Assembly (NCBI RefSeq): GCF_006345805.1
Contig: NC_043003.1
Location: forward strand, 97,898,001 to 97,962,000
Source: Octopus sinensis
Lineage: Eukaryota
Length of the DNA stretch: 64,000 nucleotides
Reading direction: 5' to 3'
Part shown: piece after piece, positions 1-12,883 of the stretch
Position numbering within the stretch: the first letter of the stretch is position 1
Layout of the letters: every line of letters starts with the position of its first letter
Translations under genes and position numbers: made by a program
The notes under the pieces: model-generated
Told to the model about the DNA's origin: nothing
Database searches by the model: none
What the model saw: the letters and a program-made list of their open reading frames with translations, nothing else

Positions 1-10
1 ATATATAGAT

Positions 11-53
<43 letters not shown>

Positions 54-54
54 C

Positions 55-92
<38 letters not shown>

Positions 93-651
93 GATGTATG
101 TATGCATGCATGTGTATATGTATGTATGTGTGTATACTTAACTTATGAAAGGGTTACATTTGACCAGAGAAAGGATTACATTTAACTAGTGCAAGTGTTA
201 TTTTGGACCAGAAAAGATGCCCTTTCGACCATTGAAGTGCTTGTAACTGACGAGTGAAGATGTTACATTAAGCCACCAAAAGTTTTTCTTCGCATCAGTG
301 AAATTATTATTTTACACCAATGATATAACGGTGTTACTTTTCACTATCAAGGAGATTACACTTGATCAGTGAAGGCGTTTCTTTTGGACGAATGAAGAGA
401 CATTTTCGTAATGGCTTCGTTGCTAATAAAAGATATCAGGTTCAATATGACTTAGAATAAGTCTTGGAAGTTACGGTGTTGCCAGTGTGAAGCATCTAAC
501 TAGTTACCAAACCCTCGCGAATGTCACGAGAATAACATAACGTTTAACTTGCAAGTGGAAGGTTATCCATTTCAGGGGATTTAAAAAACATGAAATGAAG
601 ATATGAGTCATAAAATCGGGAAGATGATAATCGAGACATTGAAATTGTACA

Positions 652-1053
652 TCTTTATATATAAAAGTGAAGTTGTGTGAGTGTCTGTCTCCTACGATTT
701 AGATTCCTAACTACTCCCACATTTTGCGGTGCAGTTTAACCAAAACCGGGTATCTTATAGTCGTTATTCATATCGATCCCTTCTGGGTATTAGCGCGCGT
801 CTACGATGAGTCTACGATTAAAAAAAAAATTTACCATCATTTTTTTCCATTTCAATGCATTTTTTCGCTATTATATAAGGGAAGTAACTCTCTAAAAATG
901 TCTACGATGAGTCAACGATTTAAAAAAAAAATTACCATAATTTTTTTTTCCATTTTTAATGCTTTTTTTGCTATTTTTTGGCTATAACTCTCTAAAAATG
1001 CTTATATAGTTATTTCCCTTACAAACCCGAGCAACGCCGGGCGATACTGCTAG
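652..1053 (+). mobile_element. Non-autonomous Helitron
   Basis: Starts TC(TTTATATATAAAA) and ends with hairpin CCCGAGCAACGCCGGG then CTAG; inserted between A651 and T1054; internal ~100 bp tandem duplication (gtctacgatgagtc...aactctctaaaaatg). Confidence 0.85.
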
Positions 1054-1180
1054 TTTTCAATAAAGAAATCAGGTGTTGCTCATCAACATGGCTCCCAGCG
1101 TAATTGCAAGAAATGTTGGTTTCAAATTTTGATACAAGGCCAGCAATGTCCGTGGGTGGTTGGTTGGTTGGTTGGGGCGG

Positions 1181-1358
1181 AGGGGTGTAAATCGACTAAA
1201 TAGGCCCCAGTGTTCAACTGGTACTTCTTATATCGACTTCGAAAATGATGGAAGACAAGTCGACCTTGGCGGCTTTTGAATTTAGAACGTAAAGTCGGAA
1301 GAAATGTCGCGCAAGCATTTTGCCTGGTGCGGTAACGATTCTGCCATTTTGCCGCCTT
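1181..1358 (-). mobile_element. SINE family B (OR-like) fragment
   Basis: Reverse complement of the gtcgacttgcc...ttcggggtcgataaaataagtaccagttgaacactgggg core also seen at 15.2, 44.9, 46.8 and 47.1 kb. Confidence 0.75.
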
Positions 1359-1553
1359 AAATGCAAGAAATATCAATAAATAAATTTACAGCTACAACAT
1401 AGAAAGAAAAATTAATCTGTTTGAAAACTTGATGAATTGAAGAGGTTAGAAATAAATAGGAATCTACTGACAATATTTCGAAGCTACGATCCCCAAGTCA
1501 ATATAGATAGACTATAACTACTCTATACTCAAAATAGACGATGTTTAATACAT

Positions 1554-1610
<57 letters not shown>

Positions 1611-2250
1611 TCGGGTAACCTGCCCACACGGCACCAACACTTCCACGCCCAATGTCTCGGTCGAGCGATGTAGCAATCTGAAATATTTCATCTGTGCTCA
1701 CCGCGACTACAGATGGCAGCACTAGTTCACCAACTGGACTGGTTGACCCTGGCTGTTGACAGCTTGTCTGTTCATCCACTCAACATTTAATGACTCAATA
1801 AGTTCATTTACCAAAATAGTTGACATCCACCGTGCTGCATCCTATGATTTCAACGTGCTCTGTCTTAGATGGTTACATGCTATTTAATTCATAGCTGGGA
1901 CCCTGACACACGCTACTGCTCCGGGTCAGAGTGATCTGGGAATGATAGTGGCTAAATGGTAGTTCCACATTTCTCAAAATTCAGGAATTTCTGAACCAGC
2001 GCCCAAAGATTGGTTGTAGTTTAAAGTCACACCCAGGACAAATAGAGAAATAATAAAATGTAACAACAGTGGTTTTAGAAAAAAAGATTGATTCATGCAA
2101 TAAAGAAACGTGAAGAAAATAGCAGTCTTTTCTCGAAGTATGAAGAAATAATAAAATATTAGCTACAAGCGAATTTTTGTAAAGAAAAATATTTATATAG
2201 GGATAAAACAAGATCAGTTAAAGAAAAAAAAGAGACAAAATCTAAAGGAA

Positions 2251-2656
2251 CTGTATGGTAAGTAGCTTGCTTACGAACCACATGGTTCTAGGTTCAGTCC
2301 CATTGCGCGGCACCTTGGGCAGGTGTCTTCTACTATAGCCTCGGGCAGACCAAAGCGTTGTGAGTGGATTTGGTAGACGGAAACTGAAAGATGTCCGTCG
2401 TATATATGTATATCAGTATATATATGTATATGTATATATTTGTGTGTCTGTGTTTTGACTCCCCCCCCCTCAACATCGCTTGACAACCGATGTAAGCGTG
2501 TTTACGTCTTCATAACTTAGCGGCTCAGCAAGAGAGACCGATAGAATAAGTACTAAGCTTGCAAAGAATAACTCCTGGGGGTCGATTTGCTCGACTAAAG
2601 GCGGCGCTCCAGCATGGCCGCAGTCAAATGACAGAAACAAATAAAAGAATAAAAAA
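2251..2656 (+). mobile_element. tRNA-derived SINE family A (octopus OK-like)
   Basis: Head ggtaagtagcttgc...ggttcagtcccattgcg (B-box-like), internal (TA/TG)n, conserved body, ends gaaacaaataaaagaata; about 12 copies in the window. Confidence 0.85.
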
Positions 2657-3076
2657 GGAAGAATTCCAAGGAAAACGAAGGGACAAAATAAGCGAAAGAA
2701 TTAGTAAAACAAGAAGTAGACATGACACAGCTCTTTGACATACGCCATTGTCTCATGCTTTTACACACAGTCATTTAGATCTCATGTCAACTAATTGTCT
2801 TTTCGAAGGTGTACTTCCTTTTGTAAGACGATAGGATGTGATTTGAAGGGAGATTTGGCTGCTGTTTCTGGGATATAGAGAAAAATCATTGGCTAACAAA
2901 TTAGATCTGACAACGTGTAAAGTTTTCAAAAAGAAGTTGTTGAAAAATTTACTGTAAGAATTTAGTGTTCCTCGTTATTAAATATTCCCATATGTTTCCC
3001 TTCAACAAGTTCTCTCTATTTTTATTGATGTTTGTCTAAGTACTTTATTTAATTTGTACACATACATACATACATG

Positions 3077-3220
3077 CATACATACATACATACATATTTA
3101 TATATATCTCGAAACTTACTGCTTTTCAATCTTTACTCTTCAACACCTTCTGGCTAATTCACACACACACACATACACACATACATACATACATACATGC
3201 ATACATACATACATACATAT

Positions 3221-3257
<37 letters not shown>

Positions 3258-3372
3258 TGTATGTATGTATGTATGTGTGTATGTGTGTGTGTGTGAATTA
3301 GCCAGAAGGTGTTGAAGAGTAAAGATTGAAAAGCAGTAAGTTTCGAGATATATATAAATATGTATGTATGTA
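3077..3372. repeat. Near-perfect local palindrome
   Basis: tctcgaaacttactgcttttcaatctttactcttcaacaccttctggctaattc plus flanking microsatellite is inverted at about 3290-3350. Confidence 0.9.
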
Positions 3373-5236
3373 TATATACACACATATATATATATATATA
3401 TACATATAATGTATATATATATATGTACATATGTATATATATTTGTGTAGATATATATATATATATTAATTATACATGTACTTATATATATATATGTGTA
3501 TGCATGTATATGCATGTATATGTATGTATATATATATATATGTACGTATGTCTATCTAACTAGCTATAAATATACCAGGATATACAACATAAATTATTTA
3601 TATAATATATATGCGTATATTAATACGCACACATATATAAACACACGCATTCACACGTATGTAGAGAACCAAGCACAGCTCACAGTAGGCACTCCTGCGT
3701 GGAATCGGTTATCAGGTTTAAAATGTAATTAAAATATGGTATAGTTAGACTTGTCCATGCAAGCGAAAATTCAGAATTTACTAGCAGTAAGTATTTCCAG
3801 GAGTAAATGTTAAGCCTAAAATGAAGGGATATTAGAGGTGAATGCAGATCTATTGTTTTGATGATTTCCGTATGATTACTGATCTCACACTCTTTTCCAT
3901 GTAATATTTATTAGTCTCAGTGTTCTAAATTATATACGTACATTTATCCTCAATATGCGTATTAACGTTATGTAATACAATTCTGTATTCACATAGAGAT
4001 GTGTAATAGAGAAAATTATCTCATCTGATCATCCATATATCAAAACATCATGGATGCATGCAAGATTTGACTCTGTTACGCAAACAAAACCCATTCTCTT
4101 TATACGCAATGTATGGAAGGCCAGGAGTGTGAGATCATCTGCATTCAAGTTTTCTTCGTCAGTTTCCATTCGAGGATGGATGCTATTATTTATAAAAATT
4201 AATGTCGAATGAAGATTAAAAAAAAAGGAAACTACAAAAAAAAAAATAAAAAAAAGATATCATCAAAATGCATAGTGATAATCTTCTCTGAGCAGGACGT
4301 CCTGAAGATAAGGTTACAGGATCTTGACACGTCGACAAAAGGAACTCGGAAAAACGTTCTATATATTCAAGATTGAAAAACCAAGAAGCAGAAATTTTTA
4401 ATAAGGAATTACGGAAAAACAAATATGATAAAAAATGACACAGCAAACTTAGGTTATTAATTTCATGCAAATGCCTGCTTGTGATTCATTACAAGGATTA
4501 GAGTTTGACGGAAGTAGACGATAAACTCCACTAGGAATTGAACTAGTGTAGCCAGCATTGGGACACCGCTCACACACGCCTTTGAATTTAGTTCACACAG
4601 GTTCTTTGCTCTTATAACAGGAAGTTAATCATGAAATATTAATCACAATTTCAAGGATTATAGATCACACAGTACGATGCGCGCGCAAAAATTGTTTTTA
4701 TGTATGTATGAGTTGCGTAGGCGTATATGTATATTTGTATGTACGATGATTTTCTTTCAGTTTTATTAAAATTCTTGAGAGGGTTCAATCCGGTTGCTAA
4801 CAAAGCGACATGCTATTTTGAGTTAAGAGAGTTCCCGGTGTTTGTAAACATGTAGTTGAGTTGGTGTGTTGGTGGAACAGTCGATGCACCTATTGACATA
4901 AGAATCTCATTAGGAAAATTTTTGAAATGTCATACAAATCTTCACTGTGCCACTAATAGATTGGATTTGGAGAATCCACGAAATTTTCTTTTGCGCTTTC
5001 TCCGTGAAACCGAGTATTTCTATGTATGTATGTATGTATGTATGTATGTATGTATGTATGTATGTATGTATGTATGTATGTATGTATGGATGTATGTATA
5101 TGTGTGTGTATGTATGTACGTATTATGTATGTATGTATGTATGTATGTATGTATGTATGTATATATGTATTATGTATGTATGTTTGTATGTATGCATGTA
5201 TGTATGTATGTGTGTATGTATGTATGTATGTATGTA

Positions 5237-5267
<31 letters not shown>

Positions 5268-5718
5268 ATGTATGTATGTGTGTGTATGTGTGTGTATGTA
5301 CGTGTATACATGTATGTGTATAAATGTGTGGATATTTACAGGTGTCCACACATTTAACGTAAATTCAGACAATCGCAAGAAACGACATCCTTCTACTCTG
5401 TCATTTAGAACCTTCCAAAACATTCTTGCTTAGAGAAATATAAGAACTTCGAAAATCCTAAACTGAGATTATTAATTTACAACAAATTGCAGAAAAACAA
5501 CGGAACATTTGCCGAAGGAGGATTAAACTCAAATACTGAGTGGTGTAGAATTTGTGTTGACCAGGACGTTCGCCATACGGGCTTATTGAGCTTACATGGA
5601 ATTATGTTATATAACTTGAAGTAACAATATATAGAATATTTCTTTTCATCGATAGCAGTGAGAGGTGTTCGAAGACTTAGTGGATAACTAGCTACAACGT
5701 AGATGTTGATTTGTTGAC

Positions 5719-6578
5719 TTTTATTCGTCGGCGACAAACGACAACTAGCCAAACGGTGAACCTGTTCCTGAACGCAACAATTTGGGGTCTTCTTTTACAC
5801 AAGACTTGTAGTTTCAAATAGAGTCATTTGAAAACTGGATTTGCTTTAATGTGGTGGAGGGACATACAAAGTTATGTTCCCTTAACGAAACCATTATTTT
5901 ATTCTTATACAAGGTTCAGTCACTGGACAGCAGCCTTCTTGGACACTGCCTTCCTTCAAGTTTCTAATTCAATCAGATATATTGACTGCCACTACATTGC
6001 CAAGTACATTATTTTTTTTATCGATATCAGAAAGAACAAAATTGTGAAGTTGACATTGGTGACGTAAATTGGATGGTAAGATACAGCAAAATGATTTTGT
6101 TCGATACACCGAGTTTGTGCGGCTATCTATCGTCAATCTGTGTGACGAAATATTACACACTGTACGCACGCACGCACACACACACACACACACACCACAC
6201 ACACACAACACACACACACACACACACTTTATCACATATCCCACTTAGACGACAATGTGTAGATAGTATATATCCTAAAACTCCTAATTTCAAAATCCTA
6301 TTTCTGAGATGTTGGTGGGCTGTTTCAAATACAATATAATTCTTTGCTTTTAACCTATTTTATAATTAAGATTTTAAACTCTATGAATCGACCGACTAAG
6401 TTTTAATAAGGCATGAAATAAACACGCAAGGACGTCCCTCCACCACATTAAAGCAAATCCAGTTTTCAAATGACTCTATTTGAAGCTACAAGTCTTGTGT
6501 AAAAGAAGACCCCCAATTGTTGCGTTCAAGAACATGTTCACCGTTTGGCTGGTTGTCGTTTGTCGCTGACGAATAAAA
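5719..6578. repeat. ~147 bp inverted repeat pair
   Basis: 5719-5865 is the reverse complement of 6432-6578 with only a few mismatches; ~566 bp spacer containing (CA)n. Confidence 0.9.
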
Positions 6579-6766
6579 CCTGGAATAAAGTTAACTGTAC
6601 CCATGTACCAGCATTGCAATAAAATTTATATGCAGATATAGTTACATAAAAAAAGAGAACTATATAAAGTCCTCCTTTAAGAAAATAATTTAGGTCAATA
6701 AATAAAAACATCCTGAAAATGGTTACACTTATTCGGCATCCAGATAACGCCAATTACCTAGGCTTA

Positions 6767-7152
6767 TCTATTATATAAAATCCATTCTGTGTGTGTGTGT
6801 GTATGTGTGTGTGTGTGTATGTGTGTGTGTGTGTGTGTGTGTCTTCTAGGATCTCGGACATCCTCTATCCGATTGCGCTCGAATTTGATGTGTAGATACC
6901 GACGGTATCAGGGCGTGTATAAGTCTTGAAAAAATTACAAAAATCGACTCCAGGTGAGAATGCGATCGATAAAGCCGTGGGAACGTGCATTTGTACGCGC
7001 AAGTACATCAGTCGAAATCCGTCTTTTGTTGGTGTCTCAAATTTAGGTTAAATCAGTGTTTCTCAAAGGGGAGGCCAAGTTGTTTTGAAAAAATTTGGTC
7101 TAAATGTTTGACAACTCAGCACCGTCCATGGGGGAAGGGGGGCATTTTGCTC

Positions 7153-7165
<13 letters not shown>
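6767..7165 (+). mobile_element. Helitron-like non-autonomous repeat (copy 1)
   Basis: TC start (tctattatataaaatcc) followed by (TG)n; homologous to 62934-63460; contains a cagtgtttctcaaa hAT-like terminus internally; no 3' CTAG seen. Confidence 0.55.
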
Positions 7166-7198
<33 letters not shown>

Positions 7199-7728
7199 AT
7201 ATATATGTGTGTGAGTGTGTGTGTGTGTCTGTGTGTGTGTGTATAGATAGAAGGATAAATTGAGGGGATAATTATTATCCTGGCTGTCAATTCATTAGCA
7301 CACCATGCAGGATCGTGGCTAGCATAGTATTCCGAGATCAAAAAGAGATCCGTAATTGATACTAAAAGGAGGACTATATAACTACAAGGTAAGATCCAGT
7401 GGGCTTTGTATAAGCCCCAAAAGAGAATGCTAAAAGTAATAATTTATATGAGGAAAGAAGTAGAATTGACTTTACAATTGTTTCCGTAAACAGACGATAT
7501 CATTTGTACCAAACAATATTATGCAATTTATAAAAAGATAATGAATACATGTCATAATATACGGAAATATGTAATGGTATCTCTATAGGCATTCACTTTT
7601 TCGGATGTCCTGATTTGAAAGCACGATCGACCTTCATTGTTATATACCAGTAAAGGTGATTCAGAATTCAATTCGATGTAAAAAGTAACGCTATCACCTT
7701 CAGTTGAATACTAACGTCGTAAGTGATG

Positions 7729-7817
7729 GACCCTTGATGAAATTACAGCGATTAGGATGCATAATTGTATACAGAGCAATGTGTAAGTTGCTGCAGTTGA
7801 AACATGTGTTAGTCACC
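7729..7817 (+). ncRNA. Degenerate hammerhead-like motif with long stem II
   Basis: gacc CTTGATGA aattacagcga...ttgctgcagtt GAAA C atgt G TT agtc; a 3'-half copy at about 21170-21223 has ggtc, restoring stem I. Confidence 0.5.
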
Positions 7818-8026
7818 GTTATTTATGCTGTAGAAAACTTTTTAATAAAAAATGTTTTGGATATTAATAAATAATCACTCTCCTCTTGGTTTTCTTCCGC
7901 CGCTAGAAGCCACTTGATGTGATTCTCAGGCATCAGTATGCCAACTGGTGTTATCGAGTGTAGTCCTACTGCCACGTGGTGCGTCTTTGCTTTGCAGTGC
8001 TTATCCCCTGTTCATCGATTTTTGCG

Positions 8027-8235
8027 ATGGCTGAAACGAAGGAATAGCGTGCTTCCTTGAAATCCTGTTTTCTGCTGGGGAAAACGGCGGCTTCAGTGCC
8101 ATGCTTCAAACAGTTTACAAGGACGCTACTATGAGAAAACACACTAGTTTATGAGTGGTTTTCACGCTTTAGGAATGGTCACTTGTCGCTGGAAAACCAA
8201 CCTCGTTTAGGGCGTCTGTCGAACCCCAAAACGAG
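8027..8235 (+). pseudogene. mariner transposase N-terminal HTH fragment
   Basis: Translates with a stop/frameshift as MAETKE*R...CFLLGKTA...VYEWFSRFRNGHLSLENQPRLGR, the Mos1-type HTH-plus-GRP pattern. Confidence 0.8.
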
Positions 8236-8473
8236 TAAGGACTATATATGTATGTGTGTGTGTGTGTATGTGTGTGCGTGCGTGCTTACGTGTGTGCGTG
8301 TATGTATAGATATATATGTATATAAAGCGGATAAAATATTTTTATACACAGAGAGGAGACATTTGACAGGATTCTTTACATGCTAGAAAGGGCAGTTAAA
8401 ACCCAAACCACGAAAAAAGGAATTCATGAGGCACGCTGTTATAACGCCATAACGAACAAAAAATGAATTAGTT

Positions 8474-8545
8474 AATCTCGAACTCGAGTTTCTCTATTAA
8501 TTGCCGAATAAACTAATTTGGAATCTGTAGATCGTCAGCTAAATC
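8474..8545 (-). ncRNA. Type I hammerhead-like motif
   Basis: Minus strand GATTTAG CTGACGA TCTA...TAGA GAAA C TCGA G TT CGAGATT; intact core, 4-bp stem II, 6 of 7 stem I pairs. Confidence 0.7.
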
Positions 8546-8903
8546 GCTAATTAATGAATAGTTATGCAGTTGCAAATACGTACCGAAAACACGTGCACAA
8601 GACAGCTACATCTTTATCCATTATGGATTCTAACTTAGTGCGCAAGCGTAAACGTATAGCCTAGCAGTAGATAAACAAATTTAAGACTGTGTCCTATATA
8701 GCCTCAGAATTATAAATACATATTACTATCGTAATATGAGGGTAATAAATTAATATAATTTATTACAAGTGTTTAGGAATTCTGTTAAATGTCTCTCTGT
8801 GTATAAAAATATTTTATACACTTTATATTTTATAAAATATGTCTTATGACTTTTATTTATGCATGCTAACCACTAGTAATAAATTATTTTAATTTATTAC
8901 CCT

Positions 8904-8939
<36 letters not shown>

Positions 8940-9188
8940 CACACACACTTACGTATATATATATATATACACACACATATATACAAACACGCTCATACAT
9001 ACGTATATATATTTCTATATATATGTACGTATACGTGTTTGTGTGTGTATGTTTTCGTGTACTTGATTTTGTGTGTGTACGTGCGTTTGTGCATATTTTT
9101 GTGTATGTATATGTATGTATGTATGTATATAAATTTATATACACCTACCTGCCTACACACATATACACCCATACACACATACATATAC

Positions 9189-9244
<56 letters not shown>

Positions 9245-10593
9245 CTAAAGGATTTCAGCGCACACAATTTGTTTCAAAGAAATTTCAATCTACAGTTCGT
9301 CCCCCAACGAGATCGATCTCGAACCTCCTTGGTTGTGAGACAAACTTTTTTACCCTCCCACTCATACTGACCATTTAAAGTAGATTCCCATAGCTGAAAG
9401 GTTTCTTATGCTGTCAACTATCTACATACTGACTAATTTAGACTTTGGTCAACTTCGCTGATCTGATGAATAACATGTAGTATCTTCTCCCGAAAACTTA
9501 ATTTAGCGTTCACAATGCAATTCTTGTCTAACTGCTACTATATTTTAGAAGGATTTGAGAAATCTGCTTTTTGGACATGTGAAGCGGTTCTTAATAACTT
9601 TATATTCTGTCTGCATCTGAAACGGTCCCGATAAAACAAAGAGTCTCTCGAAATATTTTGTTAATTTGAAAAAAACACAAAAAAAAAAAACGTAGTGAAA
9701 ATCATGATTTCCACTGGAGAGTCCTTAAATTCCCGAGTGTTAAAAGAGTATTCTATTTTTTGTGGGAAGTAGTTACAAATATTTTGCTGTTGGCTGTATA
9801 CTGTTTCGAAGGTGGAGGAACGTTGTCTCCCTTTTTCTGTACATTGGTCGCCATATTGGTTTGCCGATCAAAAATGAAATTGCGCGTGAGGTATGATTTA
9901 TGAAGAAAGAGTTCGACTATATACGATATAAGAGTCAACCTTGATTTTGCAATTCATGGTCTGGTACCCCATATAATTTGGATAAATTAAGGGAGAAGTG
10001 GCCACCAACCTTGTTCATTACACGATCACTGTTGGCGTTGCATATACCGTCTGTTTACAAACAATATTTGCACTGCACTTTTTAGTGGCGATATAAAAAA
10101 AAATCTGAGAGATCCTCTGCTTCTTCTGTTTAAATTTACCCTTATCCATGGCTACTATAGATAAGAGAACTGAGTGCGTCAGTAGTAGTGTTAAATGTAA
10201 ACACCAATCTATATCGATCTAAGATAAAGTAGAAAAAAATGGATATGGGTATTTCCGCACGAAAGCTTTGTGATATCTAACGCATCGTTTCATTTATTGT
10301 TCATGATTTTAAGAAACAAAGAGTCAAAATATTAAAGTGGCCGCAAACGGTCTGGCAAAATGGTTAACCGTCTAGTCTTTAAAACCAATGATAATGAAAA
10401 ATCAGTGGTGTCCTTGCACATAACGATTTGATTTTGGTAATTTACAAGGAAGAAGTATTGATATGAAGCCAATCCCTTGGAGTCAGAAGACCAGACGATT
10501 TCATTAGTGGATCAGTGAAAATATTGCAATATATGCCGGATTATAAATTTCGAAGACTTTCGGTGCTGTGTAGTATGTTTTTTTCTTTCTCTC

Positions 10594-10801
10594 TACTCTT
10601 TTACTCTTTTACTTGTTTCATTCATTTGACTGTGGCCATGCTGGAGCACCGCCTTTAGTCGAGTAAATCGACCCCAGGTCTTATTCGTTGTAAGTCTAGT
10701 ACTTATTCTATCGGTCTCTCTTGCCGAATCGCTAAGTTACGAGGACGTAAACACACCACCATCGGTTGTCAAGCAATGTTGGGTGAACATACACAGACAC
10801 A

Positions 10802-10854
<53 letters not shown>

Positions 10855-11032
10855 ATATATATATATACGACGGGCTTCTTTCAGTTTCCGTCTACGAAAT
10901 CCACTCACAAGGCTATAGGCAAGGCCCGAGGCTATAGTAGAAGACACTTGCCCAAGGTGCCACGCAGTGGGACTGAACCCGGAACCATGTGGTTCGTAAG
11001 CAAGCTACTTACCACACAGCCACTCCTACGCC
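10594..11032 (-). mobile_element. SINE family A, full length
   Basis: Complete reverse copy from the ggcgtaggagtggctgtg head to the (gagtaaaa)n tail. Confidence 0.9.
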
Positions 11033-11045
11033 TATAAAAATAACC

Positions 11046-11088
11046 TGTCAGGAGTGGGATACGAACCCACGCTCTCGTTCGTGGACCA
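11046..11088 (-). pseudogene. 3' half of a tRNA-Leu-like gene
   Basis: Minus strand ...gagagcgtgggttcgtatcccactcctgaca matches the eukaryotic tRNA-Leu T-arm and acceptor 3' strand, followed by ggttattttt; no 5' half and no CCA. Confidence 0.6.
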
Positions 11089-11760
11089 ATTTATTTAATA
11101 ATACAGTCAATTTATTGTTATGTATATTAATACTTTACAAATGTTGCAGGTCAAGACAAGCATATAGGGTATATTACCATTTTCGCAGATGGAAACCTTT
11201 GCATAATTATATAAAAAGGCAATGAGATATCAAACTTGATTTACATGTAGAGTCCTCTTAATTTTGCCTTACATCTGTACGCATACGAAACGATACGATG
11301 TTTCATCAATTTCCTTTTTAAGACTGAAAAAATATTACAGAGATAAAAACAAAGATAGGTAGAGTACTAAATATGAAAAAAGAAAATTAAATAAAAAATG
11401 AAAGGGAAAAATTACAAGAAATTTAGCGTAAAAATCTCCCAAGAAATAACATTTGACTTTTGGAAATAGCGATTGATGTATAAAATGTGCAGCGTGTTAG
11501 GGTGTTATTTTTACGGCGTACAATCATTTTATTTGGTGAAGATTTATAAATTTATTGTAATATTATATTGCTTTTGATGACGGAATCGCCCAGCTTGTAG
11601 AAACTAAAGATGTTGTTGTTAAAGATATGAAAGAAAAACATACACTCATACAGATATATATATGTATGTATGTATGTATGTCTTTGTGTGTGTATACGTG
11701 TACATATATATATAGATACACACACACACACACACACCACACACACACACCACACACATA

Positions 11761-11791
<31 letters not shown>

Positions 11792-12202
11792 CTTTGTGTG
11801 TGTGTATACGTGTACATATATATATAGATACATACATATATATATGTGTGTGTATGTATATATACAAATATATATATACAGATGTAAATGTATGTCTGTG
11901 CGCGCGTGTGTGTATAAGCGTTCGCGCACGAACACACACATACATATGCAGTCGTATACAGCTACATACATAACACACACACACAAGCATATGTGTGTAC
12001 ATATGCATGTATGTCGATATATATATATATATATATACACTCTCAATAGAGCCACATCGAAGTACACACAGGCACATCAAGTGTAAAAGGAATATTAGTC
12101 AAGAACAGAATAACATATAAAATTACGCCAGGGTGTAAAACAAATCAACAACAACCAAAAAATCCCCACATAAGAATGTAAGATATTAAAACAGCCATCT
12201 GC

Positions 12203-12209
12203 TTATATT

Positions 12210-12248
<39 letters not shown>

Positions 12249-12345
12249 GTCGTCGTCGTCGTCATCATCATCATCATCATCATTATCATTATTATCATCA
12301 ACGTCATCATTATTATTATTATTATCATCAACATCATCATCATCA

Positions 12346-12406
<61 letters not shown>

Positions 12407-12418
12407 TACTACTACTAC

Positions 12419-12474
<56 letters not shown>

Positions 12475-12505
12475 CTATTATTATTTTTATTATTATTATT
12501 ATATC
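12203..12505. repeat. Compound trinucleotide microsatellite (ATC/GTC/ATT/ACT)n
   Basis: Directly visible. Confidence 0.95.
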
Positions 12506-12712
12506 ATAGGGTAGCAAAATAAGTAAGCATAGATATAAAAGTTTGATAATTTTTATCGACTTTAGTCAATGGCTCGAAGTACTTTGGAATAAGACACTTG
12601 TTTATGCACGTACGTTTGTACACATACACACAAATATACGTGGATATATTCATGCATACATACATACATACATACATACATACATACATACATACATACA
12701 TACACACACACA

Positions 12713-12745
<33 letters not shown>

Positions 12746-12883
12746 CCATCCATCCATCCATCCATACATACATACATATATATATACACATGTACACAGA
12801 AATATACATTCAATGTTATGTGCTAGCGTTCGAAATGTATAACACATACCTGTCTTAGAAGTGTGTAGAGTCTGTAATAATAG

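Noticed and set aside
4975-5010. GAAAC-CGA-GTA preceded by a ggagaa/ttctcc stem
   Set aside because: No core motif 5' of the stem.
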